DNA of 64,000 bases from Lama glama (taxonomy: Eukaryota): contig CM052817.1 of assembly GCA_028534125.1 (NCBI GenBank), forward strand, positions 51,524,001-51,588,000, given 5' to 3'. Shown here piece by piece: positions 1-13,785 of this stretch. Below the pieces are notes generated by a model. It saw only the letters and a list, made by a program, of their open reading frames with translations. It ran no database searches and had not been told where the DNA came from. Made by a program: the position numbers and the translations under genes. Every line of letters starts with the position of its first letter. Within the stretch, counting starts at the first letter, position 1.

Positions 1-401
1 TAATTCAATTTATTAACTTAATTTCAAGCATACCAACTCACTTAGCTCATTCTACCTTTTACAATTATTGACCAGTTGATACATTTGAATTTGTTGTCCT
101 AAGTAAATTTTTCAAGAAAAAAAGCTGATTAAAATACTTGAACTGTTCGTGACATAGTTCATCCTTTTATATAATATAAAATTGTTTACCTTCTTAAAAG
201 TGGAATAACAACAAATATATAAGTAATCATGATATGTACATTTTTGTTTTTAAATTATTTTAATTACATTATTTTACTAAGATATATCTTTGTTTAAATC
301 ATAAACTTCTCAGTGCATATTTTATCTAATGTGATGCTTTTGATTTTTCCAATCTCTAAGTCATTTCTCATACATCTGGCTAACTTTTTGAGAATAAATG
401 A

Positions 402-575
402 AGATTATTTTCCATTGTAGGTTATTGCAAGTTATTAAAATACAATGGAAAAGAATCTGAAAAGGTATATATATGTAAATATATGCATATATGTGTAACT
501 GAGTCACTTTGCTATACACCTGAAACTAACACAACATTGTAAATTAACTATACTTCAATTTAAAAAATTTAAAAA
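402..575 (+). mobile_element. L1 3'-UTR fragment with A-rich tail and a short 5' inversion
   Basis: tacaatggaaaagaatctg...gtaactgagtcactttgctatacacctgaaactaacacaacattgtaaattaactatacttcaat followed by an A-rich run; homologous to the copy at 61329-61741. 402-436 is L1 sequence in the opposite orientation. Confidence 0.85.
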
Positions 576-3444
576 GAAACAAGAATTTGAGGAAACACTG
601 AAAAAAAAAGAAAAAATGGAGAAAGAATCGTTGCTTTTTTTTCCACTTTTAAAAATAAACATTAAAGAGAAAAAAGCAACTATGAATTGTTTTTCCAGGT
701 TAAAAAGAAATCTCCTCTTTGCCATTCATATTTAGTGTTGTAGACAGATGCTCAATTGTCTATAAATTTCCCTGTGAAAATATTTATATAAACTTGAAAG
801 TTTTAATCTCTATCTTTCTCAAGTGATTTTATTTGTTTCACAAATTGGATTTGAGCCCGTAAATGTTTGTACTGTTCCATGAGCAATAAAGTAATTGACT
901 TCAGCTTTATTTCACACACAGAAAATTGAGTCATTTCTAGCAATATTGCTACATTGGAGTCATGAATTTTAAAGATGTTTTAAACAACCCAGACATCTAT
1001 TTGATGCCATCTTTTCCCCCCTAACATTATTGAGGAAATGTAACAGAATTATTGATTCCATTGATTTTTGCTGAAAGTTGATATATTTTGTCATATTTAT
1101 TTTACTAAAGAACTATAGCTATTAGAGAGATTGAATTTCTCAAACAGAAACTAATGCTACATATTTTTCCCCCTTTAAACCATTTTGTCCTTGTGGTTTT
1201 GCATAAAAACTGAGATACTTCAGTTGCTCAATGGACTTGTGTGGACCTGACCCAAAAGACAGTAAACTGATCAGGGAAAGGTGAGTGCTAGAATTCTGCA
1301 ACAAAGCTGCACACTTTTATGTTTTGACACAAAACATAAATACCTAGTTTATTAGGTAAAAAAAATTTTTCTCTTTTGTTGGTTAAAATGAACTTATATG
1401 CCACTGTATTTTATGCTTTAGAATTTTAACCCTTCAATATGAGAAAACATTAATATCAGGGAGTTCTGATCTGAAACATTAATTTGGCATGAATTAGTGC
1501 ATCAGTTTCTCTGGGTCTCAGTTTGCTCATCTGCAAGATGATGTGGTTGTGCTCTGTATGATTATGGCATGCATGTAGTGTGAAATGAGAAAATTAATCT
1601 TCTCAAATGTCGGTTGACTAGCTGTAGCTCAAAGCAATTCTTTATTGTATTATAGCTTTGAGGTTTTCACACATTCCAGGATTACTTTTGAATTATAACA
1701 AAAGGTCTTTCAAAGCATTATGACCCAAGCTAAAGTCTGGTCCTCTATTTGACTCTCACTGTTCAAGCATTTGGGCAGCCACTGGACAGGCAGGCAGACC
1801 AGGGACTCATATTTCTGTCCAGCATGCATTGGTCTTAATAATACAATGTTTCTTCCTAATGAGGCATGGCTTCTAGTGGACAGTAGCACATCAAAGGTAG
1901 TAAGAACAAACAGACAAAAAAGTCGATCCCAACAATTGTAGGATTCCTCACCTTTTTGCCATTGATCATGTTCCTAAATTACTTATTCTCTGAGGATTTT
2001 CTGACCCATTTTCTCTCAGGGGAAATGCCCTGGTTTGAGTGTATTCAGTAACAGCAGAGTTCTGCATGCACACACAGATAAATGAGCTCAATTGTACATC
2101 CAACAGGGAGGAAAAACATAATGATTTTTCATAATGATATGAAAAACATATCAACTCTTATAAAATGTGGAGAAGAATATTAGTAACTGTTTATTATGCA
2201 CCTGGGAAAACAAGAAAGTAGGCAGTTCATTTAGGTTCTTACTTGAGTATATTTGACCTAATTTTAACCAGTATAGCAAAATTGACAGAAAAAAAAGCAT
2301 GAAATAATGAAACAAAAAAATCTGATATTAAAAAATATGTTATTATAAAAAACTAGGCTGTGATAAAAAAACGAAAGATCTTTGATGGGTTTAAATTTCT
2401 GATTTTTTGTATTGTATTCCATCTGATTTTTGCAAAAGCAAAGTCAGAAATTCTAGACTTAGGTAAACATATTATGTGTTGCTCACTGGTTAAAATGGGT
2501 AAAGTGCCTGACTTTCAGATTTGAGCACATAGTCAAATTATTTCCTAGGAACTTTCTGCAATAGTGGAGAGGTACTAGTCTTTGAAAAATGACAGTTAAT
2601 TAGTAATTTGAGATGAGGATATCTTCAGTAAAGTTAGCAAACTTACTATGTATACACATAGAAAATTAAAAAATAAATGATATATAGCAATATTTTGAAT
2701 AAAATGAGAAGCCTAGAATTAATTTCTTCTTAGAGCATTTCAAAATGCATTATACAAAATATTATGATAATAAAGTGTAATGGACAATTATCTCTATATT
2801 CAAGGAAGCATTTATGTAGTAAACAAGGTCTTCTTGCGAAGTTACGCTTGGGACACTTCAAAGTAAAGCTAAAGGCAATTGATTCCTAGCTATATTTTAA
2901 CATCATTCTGCCAAAGAAAGTCATTAAGACGGTCCTAATATTGTTTGACTGAAATAGGAAAGAAATGTTGCCACTAACTGCTATGCTGTATCCTGGGCTT
3001 TTAATCTGTATAGAATTGTGAAGAAGGCTAGTGAGTGAAAAATAAAAGCTGAATATGTTAAAACATATTATGCTAAAAATTATGTACCTTAAACCAAGCT
3101 GTAAGTTTTAATTGGGAAATGTAATGCTAATGGAAAATAGTTCTAAGGTTTATATGCAAAACTAAACTAAAAATAATTATATGTTTGGAAAAGAAAATGT
3201 CTTAAAATAGATGCCTAGAGCTTTTTACTGAAGACTAATTTTCAAAAATATGAATTCATAAACTTTCCTTTTAGTTGAATTTATAAAATTTTGACAATTT
3301 ACAGAGAACAAAATTTACTTTTGTTTAAACAAAAACAAAAGGCAAATCAAATAATCATTTATTTACCATGTTTGAATTATTTTAAATTTCATGTTAACAG
3401 ATATCTGGACTAAAGAGGGAAATGTATAAGCTTGATATTAGTTA

Positions 3445-3560
3445 ATTCATTATAAAATGTTTACTGAGTGCCCTACTCTGTGTCCTGTGGTGTCAGACTC
3501 AGATATAGAAGAGAAAAAGACAGTAGTGTCTTTACCTTCATATCTGTGTTTTGGAGTGTT
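3445..3560 (-). mobile_element. L2 3'-end fragment
   Basis: attcattataaaatgtttactgagtgccctactctgtgtc...agatatagaagagaaaaagacag resembles the antisense L2 terminus. Confidence 0.5.
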
Positions 3561-6500
3561 AAGACGTATATAGAGAAAGAGAGAGAGAAAGAGGGAAGTA
3601 AGAAAGAGTGAATTAATTATTCATGGTTAGATCATATCTGAAAAAAAAACATGAATTTAGTTTTGACAGAGTGACATAGCAATCAATGCAGTGAATCAAG
3701 GAGTCCTACCCACAGATCCACGCATCACTGACAGCGTCATGCTAATAAGAAGGCAGAGGTACACACAGGCAGAGGGGATGTTCATATGGTCAGGGTGGTA
3801 TTTTGTGAGCTTGAGAAAATCCGTTTTTTTGGCTGGTCTTCAGTTTTCTCATTTCTAAAATGAATAGTAGAACCAGGTCTTTTAAGGCCCCTTCTGATGT
3901 TTTATATTGCATATGAGATGGCTGAGGTGGAGAGAGAGCTCCAGTTCTTACTCTAGATCAGGTAACCAGTGTGCCAGGGGTTAAATCTCAGCTTATACAT
4001 CTATATACTGTAAGAACTGGGACTAATTCTAGGGCTTCAGGCTGATAATCTTTCCTCTGTACAAGACCAGTTGAGTATTTCTACCCAGGCCTCTACTAGA
4101 AAGTTCCTTCCCTCTGTACTTTAGCCTCAGTAGTTCAATCTTTGTGTAGAAACATACACAGACACAGTAGTGAAAAAAGAACTAGATAATAGGCACCCCC
4201 GTAACTTGAAAGGTCAAAGTCAACTTTGTTCACTTGATGATTCCTTATGTGTATTGAGGGACATGATATAAGGGGAGATTTTACTCTAGGCTATGTGCCC
4301 TGAATCAGTGTTTTCAAGTTGTGAAGGCAAATGAAGTGCCGTATAGGGTAGGGGATTGGAAATGAGATCAATACTGACAAGGTAAGAGACAATAGGAGCT
4401 TGGGACAAGGAACCTAATAGTGCAGTGAGAAGCAGGCTGGGAGAAAATAGTTCGTAATGGCTTGAGTTAGGACAAGTTGGTAACTCCATGGCACATACGT
4501 GGATGTGAAAATAAGTCTTTTTTCTTTTCCACTTGCAAAGCCTGGCCAGGCATGGGATTAGAATGCAGTTGACTTGGAATTTTCAGTGCCCAGTGGGAAA
4601 ATGAGCAAGACCAAGTATTTGGGAGAGAAATCAAATCACTCCAAGCTGAGTGGGTATCCAATTCTTTCATATTTGCATATCAAGGCAAAGAAATAGGAAT
4701 AATGAAGAATCAAAACTAGAAAAAAGCCTAGACTCAGAGGGTGGCTCTTGAGGAAGCGCTGGACCTAAGAACAGAGCTACACCCATCATACTGCATTCAG
4801 TGGCCACATTTCCAGAATGGCCAGGCACCACACTTGCAGTAATCAAAGGATCAGCTAATACTTTAATCAAACCACAGGATCATAGGAAATCCAACAAAAC
4901 TGAACTGAAAATATTGTGGTTTCTGCCTGCACCCTTCATTAATCTTGACATTTGCACAAGTACCTAGGAGTATACCTGCTATGATCTTAAGTTTTGATGA
5001 GTATTAGTTTTTCTTTATTCCCTTGTTTCTTCTTCGTAGGTAAGACATTTGCTGAGGACAGCAAGATGTTTCCCTTGCTCCTTTGTATTAACAGGGAAGA
5101 AAAAGTTGGAAGAATTCAAAGTTTCATTTCGGCTAGTCAATGTGAAATAAATGAAATATTTTTGTTTGTTTCGTAGCATATTTGTCTAAATAGGAGCAGA
5201 TACTTATGAAAACTATGTATATATTGCCTATTTGATTTTTCTGAATGGCTTATGGCCATAATTATTTAAATTAAGATCTTTCTGTTCATTCATTAGAGGT
5301 AGAAAATGTGAGTCTTCATTTATATTTTGGACACTTGAAAAGAGAAATAAATAAAATCCCACCACGATAGATTCTAACATCAAAGAAAGTTACAGTTTTT
5401 CTTTTCTTAATTGAGAATATTCAGAGAAGTAAGATGCTTATGCACAGACTTTGAAATTATCACCCGAAGCAGTAACTATAAAGTTGTCTTGTCAAGTGCT
5501 GCTTGGCTTGCAGTTTTAATAATATCTGTGATACCTTGGACTTTGTACAAAGACTGTGATTTGCCTGCCTTATAATCTTGGAAGATGCTGCTATTTCCGA
5601 TTTCTTTTACTTGTCCAATTCCTTTGACTTGCTAGCAGGGTCCTGTTGGAATATCTATTGGAATATATGATGCAGAAATCGGTCTTCTATAAATGATTTA
5701 AGGCCAAAGATTTGAAATATGTTTGTGTTTTGTATTGGAAGACTATTATAAGATAAGAGAATCTAAATCAGAGCTAACATAGCATTTTGGTTTTTGTTTT
5801 TCAGAGAAGAGCTTTTTTTTTAATGCTCTTTTCCATTTTACTAACTTAAAGAAAATACATTTAATTAATCTTATTGCAGTAAGTTGATCATTTTTGTTGT
5901 TTTCATTTGTTTTTTTGCATGAAATATTAATCATGACATTCATTAACCATTTATAATAAAGAGATTGATACCTGAATGGCTTTAGGAAGAAACTGTAAGT
6001 CATTTAATGAGAGAGTGCTGACATTGAAAGCTGATTTAAAAAATCAGAGACTAAGTACAGTTTATATACATTTTTTGAGAGAGCAAAAGTGAGATTAAAT
6101 GAGTGAACTAAGGCTTTACATAGCACCCTAATGTGGGAGTTGTTAGGGAAGATAAAATCTTGATGTCTCTCTTGTGATTTTAGGGGGCTCAGCAGTTTTC
6201 CTTCATTAGCACCTTTTACTTTTGTCTGTCTGATGGCAGCTGGAATTCTGAGAGGGGCCATCTGAGATGTACGATTTATGTGCATCCCTCGTGCCTCCAT
6301 ATTTTTCACATCTTTGTCAGTTGAACAGAATCAAGAAATAATGCTCCATTTAATTTCATGTCTAAAGAAATGAGGTTCTATGAAGTTTATTGTCTTTGAT
6401 AGTTAATGTTTGAAATCACATTCTGGATTTACTGCAAGTCAGTATGTGTGGTTTCATTGCTCTATGTGTTTCAGGACAATTTTTAAAGATTTAAAACAAA

Positions 6501-7538
6501 ATTTTACATAGTTTTGTACACACAGATTCTAGACAGATTTTAAAAAAAGTCCTAAGTTATAATAACATCTTTATGAAGAATAAAAATCTGGTTTTACATT
6601 GTTTAGGGAGTGGTTATGGGACATTGACATTCTCAAAACTGTAGTATTTTACTTGGAAAGAGAGAAGTTTAGATCTATTCTTTGGCTGAATAATACTTTA
6701 GAAGCTATATAAATCATACTAATTTTTCTACACCCCATATATATTCAGACCTTCTACGGTCATTGTGCATAAAATAATGCATTAGTAACAAAGAATGGAT
6801 GCATTCCCAGGATATGTAACAAAAATCAATTAATATTTGAAATGACAAGCCTCTCTATATTGCTCATCTATAATTTTTATCTTTATTTTCTTTCTGTCTC
6901 TAGATTCATGGATAAATATACTGTGTTATCCAATTTATAAAAATACTTTGTTATCCAGTCTAAACAGATTGGTTCAATGGAATAAACATCTATTATTAGT
7001 TTTAAGCTAATGTGTTTTCTTCCACATTTTATTACATTGATGTGTTATTTATGATATGACAGAATTAAATAAATGTGGATTCGCATGTTACAATTTTCTC
7101 CTTTCTTTTCAATATTTACTGTTTTTTTCTCATTATCTTCTAAAAAATGCACTTCCTTTTTTCTCTCAAACTTTATCTACCCTGTTAGTTTATGTACTTA
7201 AATTTAGTCCAAATATACATACTTTTCTTTCACTGCTCCTTGTTAATTACATTGGCATTCAATTTTCTTTTATTTTTACTCTGAGATACATGATTTTTTC
7301 TGGAGAATATCATTCATATGTTTTCACCTTTGAGTTACATTGGAAACAATGGCTAATGCATTGTTAATGTACTTACTTTAAAAATGAAAATAACTTTTTA
7401 TTCTCACTGTATAGCTCCTTCTATTAATACTGTATATTGAGGCTACAGAAATTTCTACACCTGAATTAGTTTTCTTTGACAATTTTTACCGGTTATCTTC
7501 TAATTTTAAAAAAAAATTGTCTATTTTGTATTATACAG

Positions 7539-8202
7539 TGGGAAGAGATTGGTGAAGTTGATGAAAATTATGCCCCTATCCACACATACCAAGTATGCAA
7601 AGTTATGGAACAGAATCAGAATAACTGGCTTTTGACCAGTTGGATCTCCAATGAAGGTGCTTCCAGAATCTTCATAGAACTCAAGTTTACTCTGCGGGAC
7701 TGCAATAGCCTTCCTGGAGGACTGGGAACCTGTAAGGAAACTTTCAACATGTATTACTTTGAGTCAGATGATGAGAATGGGAGAAACATCAAGGAAAACC
7801 AGTACATCAAAATTGATACCATTGCTGCCGACGAAAGCTTTACAGAACTTGATCTTGGTGACCGTGTCATGAAACTGAATACAGAGGTCAGAGATGTAGG
7901 ACCTCTAAGCAAAAAGGGATTTTACCTTGCTTTTCAAGATGTGGGTGCTTGCATTGCTCTGGTTTCCGTACGTGTGTACTATAAAAAATGCCCTTCGGTG
8001 GTACGACACTTGGCTGTCTTCCCGGACACAATCACTGGAGCTGATTCTTCTCAGTTGCTTGAAGTGTCGGGCTCCTGTGTCAACCATTCGGTGACTGATG
8101 AACCACCCAAAATGCACTGCAGCGCAGAAGGGGAGTGGCTGGTGCCCATCGGGAAATGTATGTGCAAGGCAGGATATGAAGAGAAAAACGGCACCTGTCA
8201 AG
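7539..8202 (+). CDS. EPHA5: EPH receptor A5, large internal coding exon (exon 3): most of the ephrin ligand-binding domain plus start of the cysteine-rich (sushi) region
   Basis: Translates as [73 protein letters not shown]...[28 protein letters not shown], which I recognise as EPHA5. Acceptor ttatacAG ends at 7538, donor caag|GTAAGA starts at 8203. Length 664 nt, phase 0 in, phase 1 out. The 7476..8390 ORF over-runs the exon at both ends. Confidence 0.97.
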
Positions 8203-10559
8203 GTAAGAGTATGCCTGTGCATCTGCAGGGGCGGTCTGCTTCAGTTGGATCATGTATACGTATTTCTTCCAATGATTATGAGCAAATGACCTTTTACATT
8301 GCTAATTTATGGAGATTATTTCTCTTCAAGTTTGATTTCTCTCTTCTCAGAATTTTAAAGCTTCTGGCAATGATGAAAGATTTAATGTAATATTTTAGTG
8401 GGTTTACATAATTAATACTCAGTGTCTTACTTGCAGTGTAATATTTCATATTCATTTGGCTTTCAGAAAGTTTTATTTTCAAACAACTCAAGCCAAAGGA
8501 TTATTTCCTTGTGTATCACTTTTCTTTGTGTGATTATTGTCCACTGCTGCCATTTTCTCTCCATGAAGAAAAATCAGCACCCTTTACTTGCTATATGAAA
8601 TTCAGGTGCAAACCTTAGATGAGACTTGTTTTGGCATGCTTTTAACTGCTTTTTAAAAATTCTTCAGATGTAAGTTCAGCCTTATGAACTTCATAGGAAA
8701 ATGTTTGTAAGCTGACAGAACTTAGTTTACTATGTTGTTTACATATAATTGCTATTACATGCTTGCTTTTAAGAATTTACAGGCCAATTTTAAACGCATA
8801 ATAAGTAGTGCCCAAGAACATGACCATTTAGAGATAGAGCCAATACAGAAAGGTCATTTTAAAGCAATTTGCACTTTGGAGATTCTTTTTCTCTTTTAAT
8901 TTTTCTTTTAAATTGAAATTTGATCATGCATGCTTCTTCTTCGTTTGAAAATATCCTCATCTTGCCCCCAGTGTGGTGAGTTGCCCTTTTAAACTTGGAT
9001 ATTTATTGATAGCTTTTTGGAACAGGATAATACTTTATGACAAAGTGAGAAACAGCTTATGAAGAAGAGAAAATGTTTTCCTTAAAAGAAAACCATCCTT
9101 ATGAACCTGAATTTGTTTTCAGCATAATGTGCACGTGCCAAATAGGTAATAAGAGTTAATGTGTATTAACTGAGGAGAAAACCAAATACTAAGAAGTCCC
9201 CTGATCCCACTGGTAGCTTTATGTGCATTTTTTTTTTCTAAATCCACTATATAATGTGAATCAAACTTGCTCAAGTTTGTTCAGGCTTAACTGTAGATTG
9301 ACTGTAGATCCAGGGAAACAAAACTAGGGAAATTACCTGCAAATCACATTGACTTTGCCTAGTTATTTCTCTCTGGAAGCATATTGTACCATATTTAAAT
9401 TTCCTTTTCAGCATCACCTAATATTTGATTGCCATCTACAATTAAGCACATGGTTGTTTTTCCCTGTAATCTACAACTCTCTATTCCTTTATATGTATAC
9501 ATAACATTTTATTAAATCAAAATTGTGTTTTGGATATGCTTTTAAGTTTGTCAGGGAAATAAATCATATTTTATTTAGGATTGGATTTAAAGCAAAGTTC
9601 TAACTAACTTTACCTTAACTCTTCTTTTTGAGCAGTCTTCTTGCTGTAAGGTGAAGATATATGTTATCATAGAATCAGAAGCAGAAATTAAATATAATCC
9701 CTTGAATATATTTCATTCGTTTTTCTAAAATATTTACTATATAAATCTTAGTATTTCTAAGAATTTGCTTACTAGTATTGTAAAACAGCATGCTCTATTT
9801 GAGTATTTGTTTACATCATTTTAGAGAATGATATGTGGTAACTTAGCTCAGAATACAATGACCTTTATCTTCATCCAGATTGATTCATGGCATAGAGGAC
9901 CTCTGCATTTAGAGGATATTTTATGATTGTTGCTGGGATTAAAATATTCTGCAGGTGCTTATCATGAAAGTATTTTGGGGAAGTAGTGTTCTGACAGAAT
10001 GTTTTTTTAGTGCAAGCATTTTCTGCATATCTTTCTCTTCTCATACCCTTACTACTTGAGAAGTAGAGGCCTGCGAGTAGAAGAGGTGAGCTGGAAAGGC
10101 TGCCTTGTAGGAAACTTACGTAACTGGATTCTGTCTTGATGCGTCCGTCACCCGCTCTGGTAGGAGAAACAAAGGCTGTGGGTCATGAAGGATATAGACT
10201 ACAGAGCTCCAGAGGGCATTCTGCACAGTGTCGTCTATGTGAATAGTGCCTCTTGACGTTGTCCCCTGTACAGATGATATGTGGCTGTTCTAGGAGGAAT
10301 TTCAAATGCCTATAAATAACTTAACTTATTGAATGAATAAATAAATGCAGAAGGTTTTTTATGGAGAATTAAAGCATCACAGATATCCCCACAATGTTTA
10401 AACCCATACATAATGTGTTCATGCAAATGTAAATGTATGTGTGTGTGTATTACATAAAATTCTACCATAGCTCTGACTCATTCTTTGATTTTAACCTACT
10501 GTCCCCAAAACTTTAAGTAGGGATCTTGATGTTCTGACAATTTGTGATAGGCCAAAAAT

Positions 10560-11320
10560 ATAGGAATCATTCTTGACATCTCCTTCCTACTCACTACTCA
10601 GTTCTCATCCATCACAAAGTATTTATAGAAATGACCACCCAGCTATCTCATAAAAACCACCCATATCTCTGTTTCCTTTTCCCTCCAGTCTGTAAGTGTA
10701 TCTTATTGGAACTTTATTTTTAAATATAATGAATGACTTTGTATATAGTTTCACTTTTTGAACCACGTGAGTATATCACCTCTGCAAACATGCAAATCTG
10801 GTTGTTCCACACACCCGTCCTCTTTAGTCCCCACCTATTCCCAACACACTTACTTTGAGCACTTTAATGATTTCCTTTAAATAAAGATTTTAAAGTAGCC
10901 TAAGATCCTGCATGGCTTTGCTCCTGTTCTCTCTCTAGACACATCTTAAACTAGGCTTCCTTTCCTCCCATCTGCATGAGCCACCCTGGCTCTCTTTTAG
11001 TTTCTCAAAGGCAATTTGCTCACTTTCATTACTCGTCCACCTATGATTCTGTTCCTTTCCACAGGAACATTCTTTTATCTCCATTATGCCCGATTAACTC
11101 ACACTAATCCTTCAGATCTGTGCTCTGTCACGCCTTCCTCAAAAAAGCTGTTCCTGACCCTTGAAGACTGGGTCAGGGCTCTGTTATTTATTCATATATT
11201 TTTCCTTCATAGAATTATGTAGAGTTATGATTTTGTACATGTTTGTTCATTTATTATTTGATTATTAACTCACTCCCCACCCTCATTGGACCACATACTC
11301 CTTGACAGTAGTGGTATATG
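10560..11320 (+). mobile_element. L2 fragment
   Basis: L2-type motifs: ggaatcattcttgacatctccttcc; catgcaaatctggttg; ccttcagatctgtgctctgtcacgccttcctcaaaaaagctgttcctgaccc. Boundaries approximate. Confidence 0.7.
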
Positions 11321-13318
11321 TTGTGTTAAGGAATGAGAAATCAAAAGGCAAGAGGTAAGGAAAATGAATCAAAAGAGGTAATAGAATGGGCAAAGACACA
11401 AAAGAGTACTGTGTTTTAAAATTATTGGTTGATCTTTACCTTTGTATTTATGTGTAGAAAATATCTTTGGTCACAGAATTGACAAATACGTCTTTTAAAT
11501 TAATGTTTACATAGTCCTAAGATTTTCAGGCTAAATTTTCAAGTTCTAGGTATTAAATTATATGTGATTGTCATATGATATATTAACTATGACAGAGGTC
11601 ATCTTGGTGATTTTTGTAGACCTCAAAACATCACATCCTGAAATGTGTTTATAACATAGCCTTATTACATATTTACATTTGATTATTCAGTGTCTTTGAT
11701 AGCCAAAATATGTTGGGATTTAATTAAGGCTGTAACTATATGAAGCAGCTGAAGGTTGAGTAAACCTGTTGTAATGACTATCTTATGTTAATATTTACAG
11801 AGTCTGTTCTAGGAGGTGACCAGGTAGTTGCTGTCAGATCATGTCTATGTGACCTGATATACATGCAGGGCATGACAGAATTGATCCAAAGGCTTTTAGC
11901 AACTAAACCTTCAGGAATCAGAATGCTAGGCAGCTCATTAACATATAGCTTCAACCCAGAAGACAATTAAGAAGCGATTAAGGAGTTCCTGTCCGTTTAG
12001 CAATTTATGATCTATCATTCATGCCCCCTTTTTAAACTTCCTTTAAGGGAATTTGACTACCTTTTCCATAATAATCTGATTTTAATATGGTAACAAAATA
12101 CTCTGGTTTCTATTGTATTAACTTAAAATATAGAGTGCCTTTGTTTTTCTAAGGCTTACTTATATATAAGCCTGAATTTTCTATGATAAACTGCTTTAAG
12201 TATACAAATTTATTTCCTTGAAATGTTCTTTATTTTTAGGAACTAATAATGTATTGAATCCATTTATAGAAGTATATTTCCATACTTGCTATTTATTATT
12301 ATTTCTGATGAAATTCATGCTATTTTTTCCCCTTCAGAGTCATATGAAATTTTTTTTTTTGAGTACAAAATTGTTAGCATAAAACCACTTTGGAAGTTTC
12401 TGCTTTTTATTGAAGTGAATGTGTTTGACAGAGGTAATTGAGTTCACATGAATCAAATGTTGCCTGCTGAGTTCTCTTGTGATTATGTTGCTGACTTACT
12501 CAGATGCAAGGCAAGACCACTAATCTTCATCAGTTGCTAGTGGAATGAAGTAGTAATTTGAAATTACTCCTAGATGATTATAGTTTCACTTATATCAAAT
12601 GGAGGAAAGAGATTTAGATTGTGGGTCACTGCCAAAACCAGTCAGAGTAAAGAAGGTATATAGTGCATATTCAAATACAGGGTAAGGGGGGTTACATGCC
12701 AAGGACTGTGGAGAAAAAGCACTTATTAATTATCCAACTGGGAGATGATTGCCCAGCAAGGAAAATGTAGTGAAAATACTGAGCTCAAGAAAGAGCCTTG
12801 ACTCAGAAACAGTACAGATACTGCAGGAAGCAGTACGTTGATCATTCAAACTTCTGGTGCATATTTCTGTTTGAAACAAAATTGGCTGGAAATTTTGTTT
12901 ATTACGTGTTCATGTGATTATACATTGGAGAGTCTAGTTGTTTTTAATTAGGCATATTACCAAAAAACATCAAAGGGGTTGAACTTTTGGTCCTATTTGG
13001 TCTGCTCTTTTATGCAACAAAAGGAAACTAATTTTAATTTCAAAATTTTAACAAAACACAGAAATTATGGAAGCACAGTGTATCAGTGATGTGTGAGTGT
13101 TCTTGTGTTTGTGTGTCCTACTGCTGCAAACCACCACTAGACAATTAAGTATTTGTCATTTTATCCATATGCAGGTATTACACATAAGAATAATGAAATA
13201 GTTTTTTTTTGCCTTTTAACTTCTCCGTTGAATAATTTTGGATTAATTATATTAAAATGTTAGAGCATGCTCTGCTTTTTTTGTTTGTTAAGTTTTTTGC
13301 TTTTCTTTTTTTCTAAGT

Positions 13319-13538
13319 CAAGGTTTCTCAACACTAATGCTATTGGTATTTTGGGTCAGACACTTGTTTGTTGTAGGAAGTCTGGTCCTATTCACTGTAG
13401 GATATTCAACAACTTCCTTGGTCTCTACCCCACTGGATTCAATAGGCTACTGCACTCCTGATTTTGATAGTAAAAATTGCCTCCGTACATTGCCAAATGT
13501 CCCCTGGGGGCCAAATCTCTCTTAGTTGGGGACCACTA
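13319..13538 (-). mobile_element. MER20 (hAT-Charlie non-autonomous DNA transposon), near full length
   Basis: Termini caaggtttctcaac and gttggggaccacta; internal acattgccaaatgtcccctggggg and cactgtaggatattcaacaac; ~220 bp; flanks ttctaagt / atctatat resemble the NTCTAGAN target. Confidence 0.88.
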
Positions 13539-13624
13539 ATCTATATTTCATCTGCCTACGTGAGCAGGTATACTGCTAAAACTAAATGTGTTTATAGACT
13601 GATTCCTTTTGCAAAAGTGAACAT

Positions 13625-13693
13625 TTTTCTTAGATTTCTGCAGAACGAAGGAAGTGTACTTTTCTTAAAATTCTGCAGAACGAAGAAGTGTAT
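13625..13693. repeat. Tandem duplication, two ~35-bp units
   Basis: ttttcttagatttctgcagaacgaaggaagtgtac then ttttcttaaaattctgcagaacgaagaagtgtat. Confidence 0.95.
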
Positions 13694-13785
13694 GTTTTGA
13701 AATGTGACTAATTTAACTTGGATATAACGATGTAGAGATACAGGATATAGGGAAACATGCTGCTGGTGAGAAGTAGCTTACTCTA

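Larger units (their letters stand above)
1..7538 (+). other. EPHA5: 3' part of the EPHA5 intron upstream of exon 3
   Basis: Ends in AG at 7537-7538 with a candidate branch point ttctaat at 7498-7504. No exon-2 sequence recognised. Confidence 0.88.

Noticed and set aside
7905..8289. Antisense 105-aa and alternative-frame 63-aa ORFs over the exon
   Set aside because: Shadow ORFs of a coding exon; no recognisable protein.
7476..8390. 304-aa ORF as a stand-alone gene or processed pseudogene
   Set aside because: Starts at TTG in intron sequence; EPHA5 similarity begins and ends exactly at canonical AG and GT sites with no disablements, so it is an exon.
13625..13693. Short direct repeats as CRISPR-like arrays (also 28337-28366, 37672-37711)
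   Set aside because: Two adjacent units with no unique spacers in a mammalian intron; ordinary slippage duplications.
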